64,000 nucleotides of DNA, from contig JBBIML010000009.1 of assembly GCA_037444405.1 (NCBI GenBank), forward strand, positions 32,001 through 96,000, read 5' to 3'. Of the stretch, positions 37,226 to 47,983 are shown piece by piece. Position 1 is the first letter of the stretch. The number at the start of each line of letters is the position of its first letter. Made by a program: the position numbers and the translations under genes. The notes beneath the pieces are model-generated. The model searched no databases and was not told the DNA's origin. It was given only the letters and a program-made list of their open reading frames with translations. This DNA is from Armatimonadota bacterium (GTDB lineage Bacteria > Armatimonadota > Fimbriimonadia > Fimbriimonadales > GBS-DC).

Positions 37226-38260
37226 ATGCGAAGGGCTGGCTATCTGTTCCTTATCGGTGTGACGGTTTTCGGCACTGTCGCCGCGTTGCATGGTCAGGCG
37301 GGGGTGCGCAGCTATCTGGTGCGCCGCCTCTACGAGGTGGGCATGCGCCAGAAGTTCAATGCCGTCTACAACCTCAAGGGCGATGTGCGCTCCTCCCTCT
37401 TTGACGGTAGCTTCCCGATTAATGTCGACGCCCAGCTAGAGATTACCACCCAGATTCTCTCGGTTAACGAGAATGGTCAGGCGCGCATGCGCTATTCGTT
37501 CCGCTATGTCAAGCAGGTAGTCGACTTCTTCGCCGAATCGGAGCTGCCCGAGCCGTTCAGCGCCACGATTCGCATCACGCCGTCGGGCTTCCCCGCCGAA
37601 GATGAGACCACCAGCAAGTTCCGCAAGAGCCGTCAGCAGGAAGAAGAGGAGAGCGAATCGCCCGGACTGGATATACTGCCCGATCCGATGCTGTTTTTGC
37701 AGCTGGTGGGTCTCGATGTGGTGCCCGGTCCGTTTTATCCGATGCCGCCCGGCGCGGTGCGTGAGGGTGACCAGTGGAAGATCGGCTATCCGACCCCCTT
37801 CCTCGACACGAAAGGTGGACGGCTCAACCTCAGCCAGGCGACCATCCACACCTATCCCGCCACCGTGAAGGTGATTGGCTTGAAAGAGCTCAAGGGTCGT
37901 CCTGTGCTGCATGTGCAGCAGATTACCGACACCACCATCGACATCCCGCTGGACGACACCCTGCTGGAGATTGTGCGCCTGCGCGACCGCGGTGTGCCGC
38001 GCGGACGCATCAAGGGCACCATCAAGGGCACGACCGATTTTTACTACGCGCTTGCCGACGGCGCACTGCTGCAGGCGTCGGGTCATGTGCGCCAGAAGCT
38101 GCGTGCCGAGTACGATTCGCAAACCATTCGCGAATGGCAGCCCGACGAACACTGGGCGGAATGGGAGGTGCAGGCAACCTTCCGACAGGTGCTGGCGGAG
38201 GAGAAGATAACGCCCACGCGCTCAGGCGGTAGCAAGAGTCAGCCGCCACGCCGCCGCTAA
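37226..38260 (+). CDS. Exported hypothetical protein (beta-rich)
   Basis: Signal-peptide-like N-terminus, host-like codon usage, fills the gap between neighbouring genes. Confidence 0.7.
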   Translation: MRRAGYLFLIGVTVFGTVAALHGQAGVRSYLVRRLYEVGMRQKFNAVYNLKGDVRSSLFDGSFPINVDAQLEITTQILSVNENGQARMRYSFRYVKQVVDFFAESELPEPFSATIRITPSGFPAEDETTSKFRKSRQQEEEESESPGLDILPDPMLFLQLVGLDVVPGPFYPMPPGAVREGDQWKIGYPTPFLDTKGGRLNLSQATIHTYPATVKVIGLKELKGRPVLHVQQITDTTIDIPLDDTLLEIVRLRDRGVPRGRIKGTIKGTTDFYYALADGALLQASGHVRQKLRAEYDSQTIREWQPDEHWAEWEVQATFRQVLAEEKITPTRSGGSKSQPPRRR

Positions 38261-39957
38261 GCCGCGCGGGTCAGCCACTCCGAGAGGGGCTGGCAGCGCG
38301 CGCCATATTGAGCCTGCAGCAGCGGGTCGCAACCGCCGCCTGTCAGCAGGGGGCGCACATCTGCTGTCGGCAGACGGTCGGTGATCTCGATATCGGGGCA
38401 GGTGTCGGCATCGAGTCCCATCTGCTGAAGCGCGTCCAGCACCCGCTCGTAAGCCTGCGAAACAGTCGCGCTGTTGAGCGCGCCCGCATAGAGAATCAGC
38501 GTGTTCATTCGATGGCGCTCCCCATGCCACTGAAGCGCGGGCAACCATGTCTGCGGGCGATCCCAGTCGGGCACGATCAGGAGGCGCGCGGGCATCGCCA
38601 GCGCCTGCTCGTACGCCGCGACGGTGGCTTCAGCCGCCTTCCGCCATGTGTAGTGGCTCAACACATGCTGGCGGCACGCCTCACGCCGACTGGCGTCCGT
38701 GTCCCGCCATGCGCGCCACACCGCCTCGCGGATGCTTGCCACATCGCCCGGATCGCACACATACGCCCACTGTCCCAGATACTCCTGCTCCGCGCCCCGA
38801 TTGCCGACCACCAGCGTGCAGCCCGCTAATGCCGCCTCCAGGTTCGCCAGACCGGGCGTCTCTGACCATGAGGGCAGTGCGTGAACCCGTGCCGCCGCAT
38901 ACGCGCTTGCCAGCAGCTCAGGACCCAGCTCGCCCACAAAATGCACCTGTCGCCCAGCCCAGCGGCGGCAGAGCACGGCGTACCCCGCATCACTCTCCTT
39001 ACCCGCCAGCACCAGCGGCAAATCGGTCTCGCGCAACGCCCAGAGGAGCATCAGCTGATTCTTGTTTGGCTCGATGCGCGCCGCGCACAGCACAAAATCA
39101 CGCAAGCCATATTGCTGAACGAAGGGGCTGGGGTCTGCATTCAGAAAGCGTTCGGGGCGCACCGCGTTGGGAACCACCACCACAGGCTGCTCGCCCCTGC
39201 CGAAAGTGCGCACAAGCTGCTCATATTCCCGCATGGCGTTCGGCAGCCACACGCGCGTCAGCTGCAGAACCCGCCGCATGGCTGGATCAGGCTTGAGCGC
39301 AACCCGACCGGACAGGAACTGCCCACGCCATGCCGTTAGCTGATTCTGTACCTCGCGCTCATCTGCAAGAGAGAAGATGGCTTCCAGCGCGAGGCTCGCC
39401 TGCAATAGCTCCGAGTAGTCCCAGAAGATGGTGGATACCACGAACGGTTTCTCACACCGCTCCAGCAGCTCCAGCCTGTCAGCATGGTAGAGCGAGAAAA
39501 GATGATTGAGGTCGTAGGGCGCTTCGGGCAGGCGCAGAGCGATGGAGACATCGGCAACGATGCCGAACTCGCGCAGGGCATAAAGCGTCTCCAGCAGCTG
39601 GGTTTCGCCACCGCCCATCATCTGCAGAGCGCGACGGTGGGGGATCATCCGCACCCGCCGCCGCACCTCCGGCGCCCGCACGCCCTTCCAGCCGAAAGCG
39701 AATAGCCCATCCACCTCCGGCTCAGGGTCCAGCAGATGCACCGTCGCGTCGAAAAGCGATTCGACCTGCTCCCGCCATCGCTGTGGGTGGTCAGGCACTC
39801 CCGCATGGGCTATCAGGAACGGCGTGCCGATGTCCAGCTCATCAGCAATCGATTCCTGCCCTGTGAGTATCAGCATGCCCGTGCGCGATTGGGGAGTGGG
39901 CAGGCGAGCCAGAAAACGATGCACCCATTCAGGAAGCCATTCTCGACTCATCCGCAT
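38257..39957 (-). CDS. Glycosyltransferase family 4 (GT-B)
   Basis: GGGETQ, VVPNAV, ARIEPNKNQ, ETPGLANLEAALAG. Confidence 0.88.
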   Translation of the reverse strand: MRMSREWLPEWVHRFLARLPTPQSRTGMLILTGQESIADELDIGTPFLIAHAGVPDHPQRWREQVESLFDATVHLLDPEPEVDGLFAFGWKGVRAPEVRRRVRMIPHRRALQMMGGGETQLLETLYALREFGIVADVSIALRLPEAPYDLNHLFSLYHADRLELLERCEKPFVVSTIFWDYSELLQASLALEAIFSLADEREVQNQLTAWRGQFLSGRVALKPDPAMRRVLQLTRVWLPNAMREYEQLVRTFGRGEQPVVVVPNAVRPERFLNADPSPFVQQYGLRDFVLCAARIEPNKNQLMLLWALRETDLPLVLAGKESDAGYAVLCRRWAGRQVHFVGELGPELLASAYAAARVHALPSWSETPGLANLEAALAGCTLVVGNRGAEQEYLGQWAYVCDPGDVASIREAVWRAWRDTDASRREACRQHVLSHYTWRKAAEATVAAYEQALAMPARLLIVPDWDRPQTWLPALQWHGERHRMNTLILYAGALNSATVSQAYERVLDALQQMGLDADTCPDIEITDRLPTADVRPLLTGGGCDPLLQAQYGARCQPLSEWLTRAA

Positions 39958-41722
39958 CGCCCCTCAGCATCTGCTCGAAGAACGCCCGATAGCCCGTCAG
40001 GTGCGGGCACGCCTGTACTATCAGCAGCGCCTCGTGGCACACCGACTGCAGGCGTGCTGTGTGCCCAGCCGACTGCAGAATCGGCGCGAGCTGAACCCAG
40101 TGGTCGATGTTGAGCGGCTCCTTCTCGATAGCCCGCTGAAGCCACTGGATAGCTTCCTCGTGGCGGTTGAGCCGCATCAGCATCTGCGCCAGCGGCTGTG
40201 CCAGCTGGGGGTGCAGTTCAAACGCCCGCTGATACATATGGATCGCGGAATGAAGCGCGTCGCGGCTCGCGTACAGCTCGCCCAGAATCACGCAGAGCTT
40301 CTGCGCGTAGAAGCCCCGCAGCTGTTCGGCAAAGGCTTCGGGCGTGTGTCCCATTTCAGCGAAGGCGCGCTCACTCTCGATGCGGAACCAGTCGTACCCA
40401 GGCGACCAAGGCAGCGCGTCGCGCAGAATCTCTGGGGGGCACTCTGGCAGCGCTTTGAGCGCGCGATGCGCCCAGCCCTCCAGCTCTGTCAGGCGACCCG
40501 TCGCGTAGAGCATCAGCGCGTAGTTCATTAATGCGACAGCATGCGTCGGCTCCTGTTCGATCGCCTGCAGCAGCTTCTGCTCGGCACGGCTCAAACAGTC
40601 GCGCTGAAGACCTGCATCGGGCATCTCGGCAGTTAGCAACAGCAGCAGCACACCCTCATCGTTAAGCGAAATGGCATCAGGCTCGTCCTCACAGCGGCTC
40701 AGCATCGTGAGCGCGGAGCGCACACGCCCCGCGAATGCGCTCTGCAGGTGCTGGTGCGCACAGGCGCGCGCCTGCTGACGCTTATTGAGCTGACAGAAGG
40801 TGCGCATTCTGCCAATCTGCGTCGGGGGAACCGCCTCGATCGCCTGCTCGATAAGGCGCGCGTACTGGCGGGCATAACTGTAGTCCTGCACGCACTGCCA
40901 CGCCGCCTCCACAATCCGCTCCGCCTGCTCCGGGTGAGCCAGATACTGCTCAATCACCTGCTCCAGATTGTCATCGGTGTACGGCACAAAGTGAACTCCT
41001 TCCTGATAGACATCCCGCACTTCGAGGTTGTCCGCCTCATACAGCAGCAGGCAGCCGCAGGCGGGCGCCTCGTACGCGCGCATGTTCATCTCGCCGCGAA
41101 TGCTGCGGTTAAAAACGATCCGGCACCGATTCAGGAAGCGCGTATACTCCTCGCCGTACAACCCCGTCGCAATGCAGATGTGATATTTCTCGCTCAGGCG
41201 GGCAAGCCGTTGCAGGAAGCGGGCGCGTTCGCCCTGTACCGTATGGCTCAGGTTGCCCACAAAGCCCACATCGTACACCTTCGGCTCGGCAGGCAGGCGA
41301 CGATGAAGCGCGGGGTCATAGCCGTACAGTTTCGCATGGCTCACATTCGTGGAGCCAAGCCGTTGCAATACCTGCACGCCCTGTTTATCGGTGAGGATGT
41401 GGTCAAACATGCGCAGGGTGTCCCGAATTCGCCACAGCGCGAGGTTCCAGTCGCCCAGCGCCGCCACCAGCCGATAGGGGCACTGCTCCAGCCCTGCTGG
41501 AATCGGGTGATATTCGGGACTCCAGAAAATCACCACCTCTGGCTCCCAGCCAGCGGGCAGCTGTTCAAGGATTTGTTGAAAAGTTGTATTTTGCGGGTCG
41601 TACTGGATGTCGGCGCCAGCGTCCCAGGAGAACAGGAGGGCATCGTGTTCGGCGAGCGCACGGCGGAATCTGTCCACCTCCGTGCCATGCACCGGACCCA
41701 TCAACACCCTGCGTCTTTGCAT
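39929..41722 (-). CDS. CgeB-like glycosyltransferase with C-terminal TPR repeats
   Basis: YDVGFVG, RIVFNRSIRGEMNMRAYEAPACG, TPR-like helices at the C-terminus. Confidence 0.8.
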   Translation of the reverse strand: MQRRRVLMGPVHGTEVDRFRRALAEHDALLFSWDAGADIQYDPQNTTFQQILEQLPAGWEPEVVIFWSPEYHPIPAGLEQCPYRLVAALGDWNLALWRIRDTLRMFDHILTDKQGVQVLQRLGSTNVSHAKLYGYDPALHRRLPAEPKVYDVGFVGNLSHTVQGERARFLQRLARLSEKYHICIATGLYGEEYTRFLNRCRIVFNRSIRGEMNMRAYEAPACGCLLLYEADNLEVRDVYQEGVHFVPYTDDNLEQVIEQYLAHPEQAERIVEAAWQCVQDYSYARQYARLIEQAIEAVPPTQIGRMRTFCQLNKRQQARACAHQHLQSAFAGRVRSALTMLSRCEDEPDAISLNDEGVLLLLLTAEMPDAGLQRDCLSRAEQKLLQAIEQEPTHAVALMNYALMLYATGRLTELEGWAHRALKALPECPPEILRDALPWSPGYDWFRIESERAFAEMGHTPEAFAEQLRGFYAQKLCVILGELYASRDALHSAIHMYQRAFELHPQLAQPLAQMLMRLNRHEEAIQWLQRAIEKEPLNIDHWVQLAPILQSAGHTARLQSVCHEALLIVQACPHLTGYRAFFEQMLRGDADESRMAS

Positions 41723-41921
41723 CTCAATCCCTGCGAGGCATAGGTGAGGTTGTTCGAAAAATCATCTCTTGCGAGCCGCTTGAACAGGGCGCGGCGACCG
41801 TGCCCCTACTTGACGCGGGTATGGGCGTGGTTCCCGCCCTATTTTCGAACACCCTCGGCATCGGTTGCCATGCTCATTATCGGTTTACTGACAGCGATTA
41901 TGCAGGGTACAATCGGGGCGT

Positions 41922-43295
41922 ATGGAAGCGGTTAGCCGCACTCGTTCCAAAGAGGGTTTGAATCTTTTATCGGAGCGTTCGGTGGGGCGCGCGGTGTGGG
42001 CGCTGGCGTTTCCGTCGATGGTTGCCTCCGTGGTTCAGACGCTTAACAGTTTTCTGGATCGGATGTTTGTGGGTTCGCTGGGCGCGGTGGCGCTGGCGGC
42101 GGCAGGCGTGGGAGGTCAGCTGGTCTTTCTGGTGATGACGCTGGCGATGGCAATCTCGATGGGCGGCACGGCGATTGTGGCGCGGATGGTGGGCGCGAAC
42201 GATCACCACAACCTTCAGCAGGCGGCGCGTCAGTCGCTGGGCATCGCGCTGGTGCTGGGACTGTTGATGACCCTGCTGGGCTACCTGTTGCTGCCGGCGG
42301 TGCTGAGCTGGTATCGTCTGGAGCGCGAGGCGTTCGTGCAGGCGCGTCAGTTCCTGCTGCTGGCTCTGCTTGGTACGCCTGGCATGTTTCTTATGATGGG
42401 TTTGATGGGCACTTTTCGGGGTCAGGGCGACACCCGCACGCCGATGGTTGCCAGCATCGTGGCGACGCTGGTGCATATCGTGGGCGACTGGCTGCTGATT
42501 TTTGGGCGGTACGGCTTTCCGAAGCTGGGCATTCAGGGCGCGGGGATCGCGCTGGCGGCTTCGATGTGGGCGGGTGCAGGCGTGCTGTGGGCGCTCCAGC
42601 TGATGCGGGCGCGCCCGCTCGCCATCCCCCAGCTGCCCCAGATGCGGTGGGTTCGGCGCATCCTGCGAATCGGCATTCCTGCCTCGATGCGCACGCTCAT
42701 CTACTCCACCAGCTCGATGGCGTTCACGATGATTCTGGCGGCGACCGTGGCGGGCACCGCTGCCGTCGCCGCGCTGCCGATAGGGATGACCGCCGAGTCG
42801 ATAGCCTTTATGCCCGGTTTCGCGTTCGCGATAGCGGCGTCTGCGCTGGTGGGTCAGGCGCTGGGCGCCCACAACGAGCGACTGGCGGAACGGTTCGGCT
42901 GGGCAGCGGCGTGGCAGGCGTGCGCCGTGATGAGCGCGATGGCAACGGTGTTCTTCGTTTTTGCCGAGCCGTTCGCCCGCTGGTTCACGCGCGACCCGCA
43001 GGTGATTGCGCTCGCCGTCGCCTATCTGCGAATCAACGCGCTTTCGGAGCCGCTGCTGGCTTTCGGCATCGTGCTGGCGGGCGCATTACAGGGCGCAGGC
43101 GATTCGCTCAAGGCGATGCTCGGCACCCTCCTCACGCAGTGGGTGGTGCGCTTGCCGCTCGCCTATCTGCTGGCGTTCGGGCTGAGGCTGGACGCAAACG
43201 GCGCGTGGTGGGCGATGGCAATCAGCTCCTGCTTCAGCGGGCTGCTGTTCATTCTGCTGTTCAGGCATGGCGGCTGGAAACGAGTCAAGGTGTAA
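41922..43295 (+). CDS. MATE family efflux transporter
   Basis: LAFPSM, DRMFVGSLG, RGQGDTRTPM, ILRIGIPA, GALQGAGDS; about 12 TM. Confidence 0.93.
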   Translation: MEAVSRTRSKEGLNLLSERSVGRAVWALAFPSMVASVVQTLNSFLDRMFVGSLGAVALAAAGVGGQLVFLVMTLAMAISMGGTAIVARMVGANDHHNLQQAARQSLGIALVLGLLMTLLGYLLLPAVLSWYRLEREAFVQARQFLLLALLGTPGMFLMMGLMGTFRGQGDTRTPMVASIVATLVHIVGDWLLIFGRYGFPKLGIQGAGIALAASMWAGAGVLWALQLMRARPLAIPQLPQMRWVRRILRIGIPASMRTLIYSTSSMAFTMILAATVAGTAAVAALPIGMTAESIAFMPGFAFAIAASALVGQALGAHNERLAERFGWAAAWQACAVMSAMATVFFVFAEPFARWFTRDPQVIALAVAYLRINALSEPLLAFGIVLAGALQGAGDSLKAMLGTLLTQWVVRLPLAYLLAFGLRLDANGAWWAMAISSCFSGLLFILLFRHGGWKRVKV

Positions 43296-43321
43296 TCACT
43301 CCCGCGTGCGAGCGAGGGGGG

Positions 43322-44143
43322 TCATTTTTCCACCTGCAGAGTGACCCGATGCGCGTAGTCGTTGCCCGCCTCATCCTTCCGCCGATGAACCACCACCTGC
43401 ACGGGCAGTTTAATTTTGTCAATAGCCACCGCCTTGCCTTTGAGCGTGAAGACGGTTTTCTCGTCATATCGAAGCAGGCGCACATCGCCTGCCTGCGTGC
43501 GCACCTTCAGCGTCCGGGCGCTTTTGTCGATGGCTTGCAGTGTGCCCCGAACGGTTGGCAGAGTGCGCTCGCGCCCGATCGCCGCCTGCTGCTCGCTATC
43601 GCTCACCACCAGCGCCATCGTGTCCAGGTTTGAGAGCAGGCGCGGCGCCAGATAGATTTTCTCGCCCGCTTCGAATGCCTCCAGCGTCGCGGGTTGACCC
43701 TTTTTCGCAAAGCGCGTGCTGGGATTGATTTTGTACGCGAAGCGCGTGCGGTCGGCGAACTCCACGATTAGATACTCCTCTTCGACGCCTATCAGCGTGC
43801 CCTGCACGACGCCGCGTCGCACCCGCTCCAGCCACTTCCATGTGTCGGGGTCTGCCATCTCGCGGAGAATGGGGCGCGTGGCAGTGCCCACACTCAGGCG
43901 CACCATCACGGGCTTGCCCACCATCTCCCGAAACGACTCCAGCGAAGCGGGCTGCCTGTTGAGCCACAGGCGCGCTTTTTTGTGCAGGCTGACGCTCAGC
44001 TCGGCTCTGTTAGCGCGCTTGAGAACAATCGCATCCCCTTCAGGTTCAAACTTTACAAGGTGCGCCTGAAAGATTTCGGTATCGGCGTACAGGGTCAGCG
44101 TCAGCGCGCTTACCACCAATACAACCAGCCCCTTCGTCCACAT
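43322..44143 (-). CDS. Exported hypothetical protein with three small repeated beta domains
   Basis: AGGAGG before ATG 44143; signal peptide; repeated T.F..KG...L..-like units. Confidence 0.7.
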   Translation of the reverse strand: MWTKGLVVLVVSALTLTLYADTEIFQAHLVKFEPEGDAIVLKRANRAELSVSLHKKARLWLNRQPASLESFREMVGKPVMVRLSVGTATRPILREMADPDTWKWLERVRRGVVQGTLIGVEEEYLIVEFADRTRFAYKINPSTRFAKKGQPATLEAFEAGEKIYLAPRLLSNLDTMALVVSDSEQQAAIGRERTLPTVRGTLQAIDKSARTLKVRTQAGDVRLLRYDEKTVFTLKGKAVAIDKIKLPVQVVVHRRKDEAGNDYAHRVTLQVEK

Positions 44144-44253
44144 CGTAAGAACCTCCTGCACGCACCCCGATTCGGGCAGCCCAGCCCCAGTCCTGCTGGA
44201 TAGCCGCGAACTGACCGCTTGCGGGGGTATAATCGCTGGTGAGGGAGGTAGCA

Positions 44254-45648
44254 ATGGCGCAGAGAATCGAAAAGGACGCACTGGGCGAGCGGGCGATACC
44301 CGCTGAGGTCTACTGGGGTCTGCAGACCCTGCGAGCGCAGGAGAACTTTCCCATCAGCGGCATCACCGAGCCGCCCCTGATGATCGACGCCTATGTGCTG
44401 CTCAAAAAAGCGTGCGCACAGGCGAATATGGAACTAAGGCTAATCCCCGAATCCATCGGCAAAGCCATCATGCAGGCTGCCGACGAGGTGCTATCGGGCA
44501 AGCTGCGCGACCAGTTCCCCACTGACATCTTCCATCAGGGCGCTGGCACCTCGTTCCATATGAATGTGAATGAGGTGCTGGCAAATCGCGCTATTGAGAT
44601 TCTGGGTGGGCAGAGGGGCGATTATACCATCGTTCACCCGAACGACCATGTGAACTTCGGGCAGTCGACGAACGACACCTTCCCGACGGCGATGCGCATC
44701 GCAGTGCGGACGGCGCTGGAGCGACTGTTCCCTGTGCTGGATCAGCTGGCAGAGGGGTTCGCGCTCAAGGGGCGCGAGTTCGACCATGTATTGAAGTCGG
44801 GTCGCACCCACCTGCAGGACGCCGTGCCCATCCGACTGGGGCAGGAGTTCGCTGCCTACGCCGCCACGGTGCGCAAGTGCCGGCGCCTGCTGGAGACTGC
44901 CGCGCACGAGGTGGAGGAGCTGGGCATCGGTGGCAGTGCGGTCGGCACCGGGCTGAACACACACCCGCGATACCGCTTCCGCGTGGTGGAGCTGTTGCGC
45001 GAGTGGACAGGGCTGCCCTTCCGACCCGCTGACGACCTGCGCGAGGCGATGCAGAGCCAGATGCCTATTGCCTGCGTCGGCGCCGCCCTGCGCATCCTCG
45101 CGCTGGAGATGACCCGAATCGCCAGCGACCTGCGCCTGCTGGCTTCCGGACCGCTGACGGGCTTCGCCGAGATCGTGCTGCCCGCCGTGCAACCGGGCAG
45201 CAGCATCATGCCCGGCAAGGTCAACCCCAGCATCCCCGAAATGGTCAATATGGTCTGCTTCCAGGTGATTGGCTGCGCCACCACCATCGATTATGCAGTG
45301 CAGGCAGGTCAGCTGGAGCTGAATGTGATGATGCCTGTGATGGCGTATAACGCGCTTTTCGCGCTGCAGATTATCACAAGCGCCCTGCGCGTGTTCGACG
45401 AACGGTGTGTGCGGGGCATCGTGGCGAACGAGGAAAAGTGCCGCTGGTACGCCGAGACCAGCCCCAGCCTTGCCACCGCGCTGAACCCCTATGTGGGCTA
45501 TGCAACGGCAGCAGAAATCGTCAAGCAGGCACTGCGCGAGAACCGCAGCATCATCGATGTGGTGCGCGAGCGCGGACTGCTCACCGAAGAGCAGATTCGA
45601 GAGCTGCTCGACCCCTACAAAATGACCGAACCCAACCTGGGGGATTAG
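44254..45648 (+). CDS. aspA: Aspartate ammonia-lyase / class II fumarate hydratase family
   Basis: RIEKD.LG, GAGTSFHMNVNEV, QSTND, GRTHLQDA, GSSIMPGKVNP. aspA versus fumC cannot be resolved by eye. Confidence 0.8.
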   Translation: MAQRIEKDALGERAIPAEVYWGLQTLRAQENFPISGITEPPLMIDAYVLLKKACAQANMELRLIPESIGKAIMQAADEVLSGKLRDQFPTDIFHQGAGTSFHMNVNEVLANRAIEILGGQRGDYTIVHPNDHVNFGQSTNDTFPTAMRIAVRTALERLFPVLDQLAEGFALKGREFDHVLKSGRTHLQDAVPIRLGQEFAAYAATVRKCRRLLETAAHEVEELGIGGSAVGTGLNTHPRYRFRVVELLREWTGLPFRPADDLREAMQSQMPIACVGAALRILALEMTRIASDLRLLASGPLTGFAEIVLPAVQPGSSIMPGKVNPSIPEMVNMVCFQVIGCATTIDYAVQAGQLELNVMMPVMAYNALFALQIITSALRVFDERCVRGIVANEEKCRWYAETSPSLATALNPYVGYATAAEIVKQALRENRSIIDVVRERGLLTEEQIRELLDPYKMTEPNLGD

Positions 45649-45679
45649 AGCGTTCAGGTGGTATCATGAGACCATAACG

Positions 45680-45952
45680 ATGCGAACAATAGCGATACAG
45701 ATACCGGATGAGATCGCGGATGTGCTGGCGGCGGACGAATCGCAGCTTCAGCAGGAGCTGCAGATGGTTGTCGCGGTCAAGTTATACGAGCTGGGGCGTC
45801 TTAGCGCAGGGGCAGCTGCCGCTCTGGTGGGGTTAAGTCGACTGGAGTTTCTTAACCGCCTCTCTGCCTACCGTGTCTCACCCATCAATCTCGATGAAGA
45901 ATCTATTGAACGCGAGATTGCCACCGCCCATGAGATAGCTGATTGCAAATGA
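45680..45952 (+). CDS. UPF0175 family putative antitoxin
   Basis: AVKLYELGRLSAGAAAALVGLSRLEF; overlaps the PIN gene. Confidence 0.85.
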   Translation: MRTIAIQIPDEIADVLAADESQLQQELQMVVAVKLYELGRLSAGAAAALVGLSRLEFLNRLSAYRVSPINLDEESIEREIATAHEIADCK

Positions 45953-46437
45953 AACGGATTGTTGATGCATCGCCAGCGATTCTGTTAGCGAAAATAGACT
46001 CGCTGGAGCTGCTGCGTATCGGTGCGGAACAGGTGCTTATACCCACCACTGTCTGGTACGAGATTGAGCAAGGAGGTGACGAGACTTCTGCACTTATCTT
46101 GGTGGCAAAAAGCGAATGGCTAATCGAATGCACTTATGATGCCGTTCAGCTGCAGATTCCTTCATCGCTGGGTCCTGGTGAGCGAGCCGTTATTGAACAG
46201 GCACTCGCCTTAGGTGTCGAGCAGGTCGTGATGGATGACCTTGCTGCACGACGATTCGCAGAACAGGTTGGGCTGAAGCCAGTAGGCACTCTGGGCATTT
46301 TGTTGGCTGCCAAACTGGCAGGATTCATCCCATCGGTGTCTGAAAAAATAAAAGCGCTGGAATCGTCGGGCATGTACCTTTCTGAAGCAGTAATACAGCG
46401 GGTGCTGATGGAAGCAGGTGAGATAGCCGAGCCATAA
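45943..46437 (+). CDS. DUF3368 PIN-domain putative toxin
   Basis: IVDASP, LGPGE..VI, MDDLAARR, GTLGILL.AK. Confidence 0.87.
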   Translation: MQMKRIVDASPAILLAKIDSLELLRIGAEQVLIPTTVWYEIEQGGDETSALILVAKSEWLIECTYDAVQLQIPSSLGPGERAVIEQALALGVEQVVMDDLAARRFAEQVGLKPVGTLGILLAAKLAGFIPSVSEKIKALESSGMYLSEAVIQRVLMEAGEIAEP

Positions 46438-46470
46438 ATGCAGGAGCAAGTTGGGACGGAGACTTAAGGG

Positions 46471-47982
46471 ATGTACTTGTTAGGTCTTGACATTGGCACG
46501 ACGGGTGTGAAGGCGGTGTTGATCGATGCGCGGGGGCGCGTGCTGACCAGCGGCGCCGATACCTACCCGCTGCACACGCCGCAACCGCTGTGGGCGGAGC
46601 AGAATCCGCTCGACTGGTGGCGAGCCACCGTCAGCGCGATTCAGCAGGTGCTATCCGAAAGTGGGATCGCGCCCAGCCAGATTCAGGGCATCGGGCTGAG
46701 CGGACAGATGCACGGCTCGGTCTTTCTGGATGAGCAGAACCGCGTCATTCGCCCGGCGCTGCTCTGGTGCGACCAGCGCACCGCCGAGGAGTGCGCCTGG
46801 ATCACCGAGCGTGTCGGGCAGGAGAAGGTGCTGGAAACAACGCTGAACCCCGTGTTGACAGGCTTTCAGGCGGGCAAGATTATCTGGCTGCGCCGCCACG
46901 AACCTGCCCACTACGCCCGCGTGCGCCATGTGCTGCTGCCCAAAGATTACATCCGCTTCATGCTCACGGGAGAATACGCGACCGATGTGTCGGATGCTTC
47001 AGGCACCGCGCTGTTTGAGGTGCCCAAACGCGACTGGGCATACGAGATGCTGGACATTCTGGAGCTGCCGCGCGAGTGGTTCCCGCGCGTCTACGAGTCG
47101 CCTGAGATTACAGGGCGGTTGCATGCGCAGGCGGCGGCAGCCACAGGTCTGGCGGAGGGCACGCCGGTGGTGGCGGGTGCGGGCGATCAGGCGGCGGGCG
47201 CGGTCGGCACCGGCATCGTGCAGCAGGGGCGAATCGCCGTGTCGGTCGGCACCAGCGGCGTGGTGTTTGCACACTTAGACCAGCCGCGCGTCGACCCGCT
47301 CTATCGCACGCACACCTTCTGCCATGCTGTGCCCGGCTGCTGGCATGTGATGGGCGTGATGCTGATGGCGGGTGGGGCGCTGCGCTGGTATCGCGACACC
47401 TTCGCGCAGGTGGATTTGTATGCCGCGCGCGCCGCTGGCGAAGACCCCTACGAGCGTCTGCTCAGTGAGGCGGAGCCGATCCCGCCCGGCTGTGAAGGGC
47501 TGCTCTTTGTGCCCTATCTGTCGGGCGAGCGCACGCCGTACCCTGACCCGAAGGCGCGGGGCGCGTTCATCGGCGCGACGCTCAAGCATCAACGGGCGCA
47601 TTTCACCCGCGCCGTGCTGGAAGGCGTCGCCTGCGGCTTGCGCGACTCGTTCGAAATCCTGCAGGCGATGGGCGTGCCCATCGAGGAGGTGCGCATGACG
47701 GGCGGCGGCGCACGCAGCCCGCTCTGGCGTCAGATTCTCGCCGATATAACGGGCTACCCCATTCACACCCTGCAAGCCGAGGAGGGACCCGCGTTCGGCG
47801 TCGCGCTGTTAGCGGGCGTGGGCACAGGACTCTGGAACAGCGTGCCTGAAGCGTGCGAGGCGACCATCCAGCTGGCGACGCGCACCACGCCGAACGCTCA
47901 GCACCGCGCCGCCTACGAGCGCACCTACGCGCTCTATCGGCAACTCTATCCCACCCTGAAACCCATCTTTGAGCAACTGTAG
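46471..47982 (+). CDS. xylB: Xylulokinase
   Basis: LGLDIGTTGVK, GLSGQMHG, LWCDQRT, LPKDY, SDASGT, PYLSGERTP, GGGARS. Confidence 0.92.
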   Translation: MYLLGLDIGTTGVKAVLIDARGRVLTSGADTYPLHTPQPLWAEQNPLDWWRATVSAIQQVLSESGIAPSQIQGIGLSGQMHGSVFLDEQNRVIRPALLWCDQRTAEECAWITERVGQEKVLETTLNPVLTGFQAGKIIWLRRHEPAHYARVRHVLLPKDYIRFMLTGEYATDVSDASGTALFEVPKRDWAYEMLDILELPREWFPRVYESPEITGRLHAQAAAATGLAEGTPVVAGAGDQAAGAVGTGIVQQGRIAVSVGTSGVVFAHLDQPRVDPLYRTHTFCHAVPGCWHVMGVMLMAGGALRWYRDTFAQVDLYAARAAGEDPYERLLSEAEPIPPGCEGLLFVPYLSGERTPYPDPKARGAFIGATLKHQRAHFTRAVLEGVACGLRDSFEILQAMGVPIEEVRMTGGGARSPLWRQILADITGYPIHTLQAEEGPAFGVALLAGVGTGLWNSVPEACEATIQLATRTTPNAQHRAAYERTYALYRQLYPTLKPIFEQL

Positions 47983-47983
47983 G

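Noticed and set aside
45680..46437. AT-richer toxin-antitoxin pair as a novel system or mobile element
   Set aside because: UPF0175/DUF3368 pairs are common; no flanking repeats or transposase seen.
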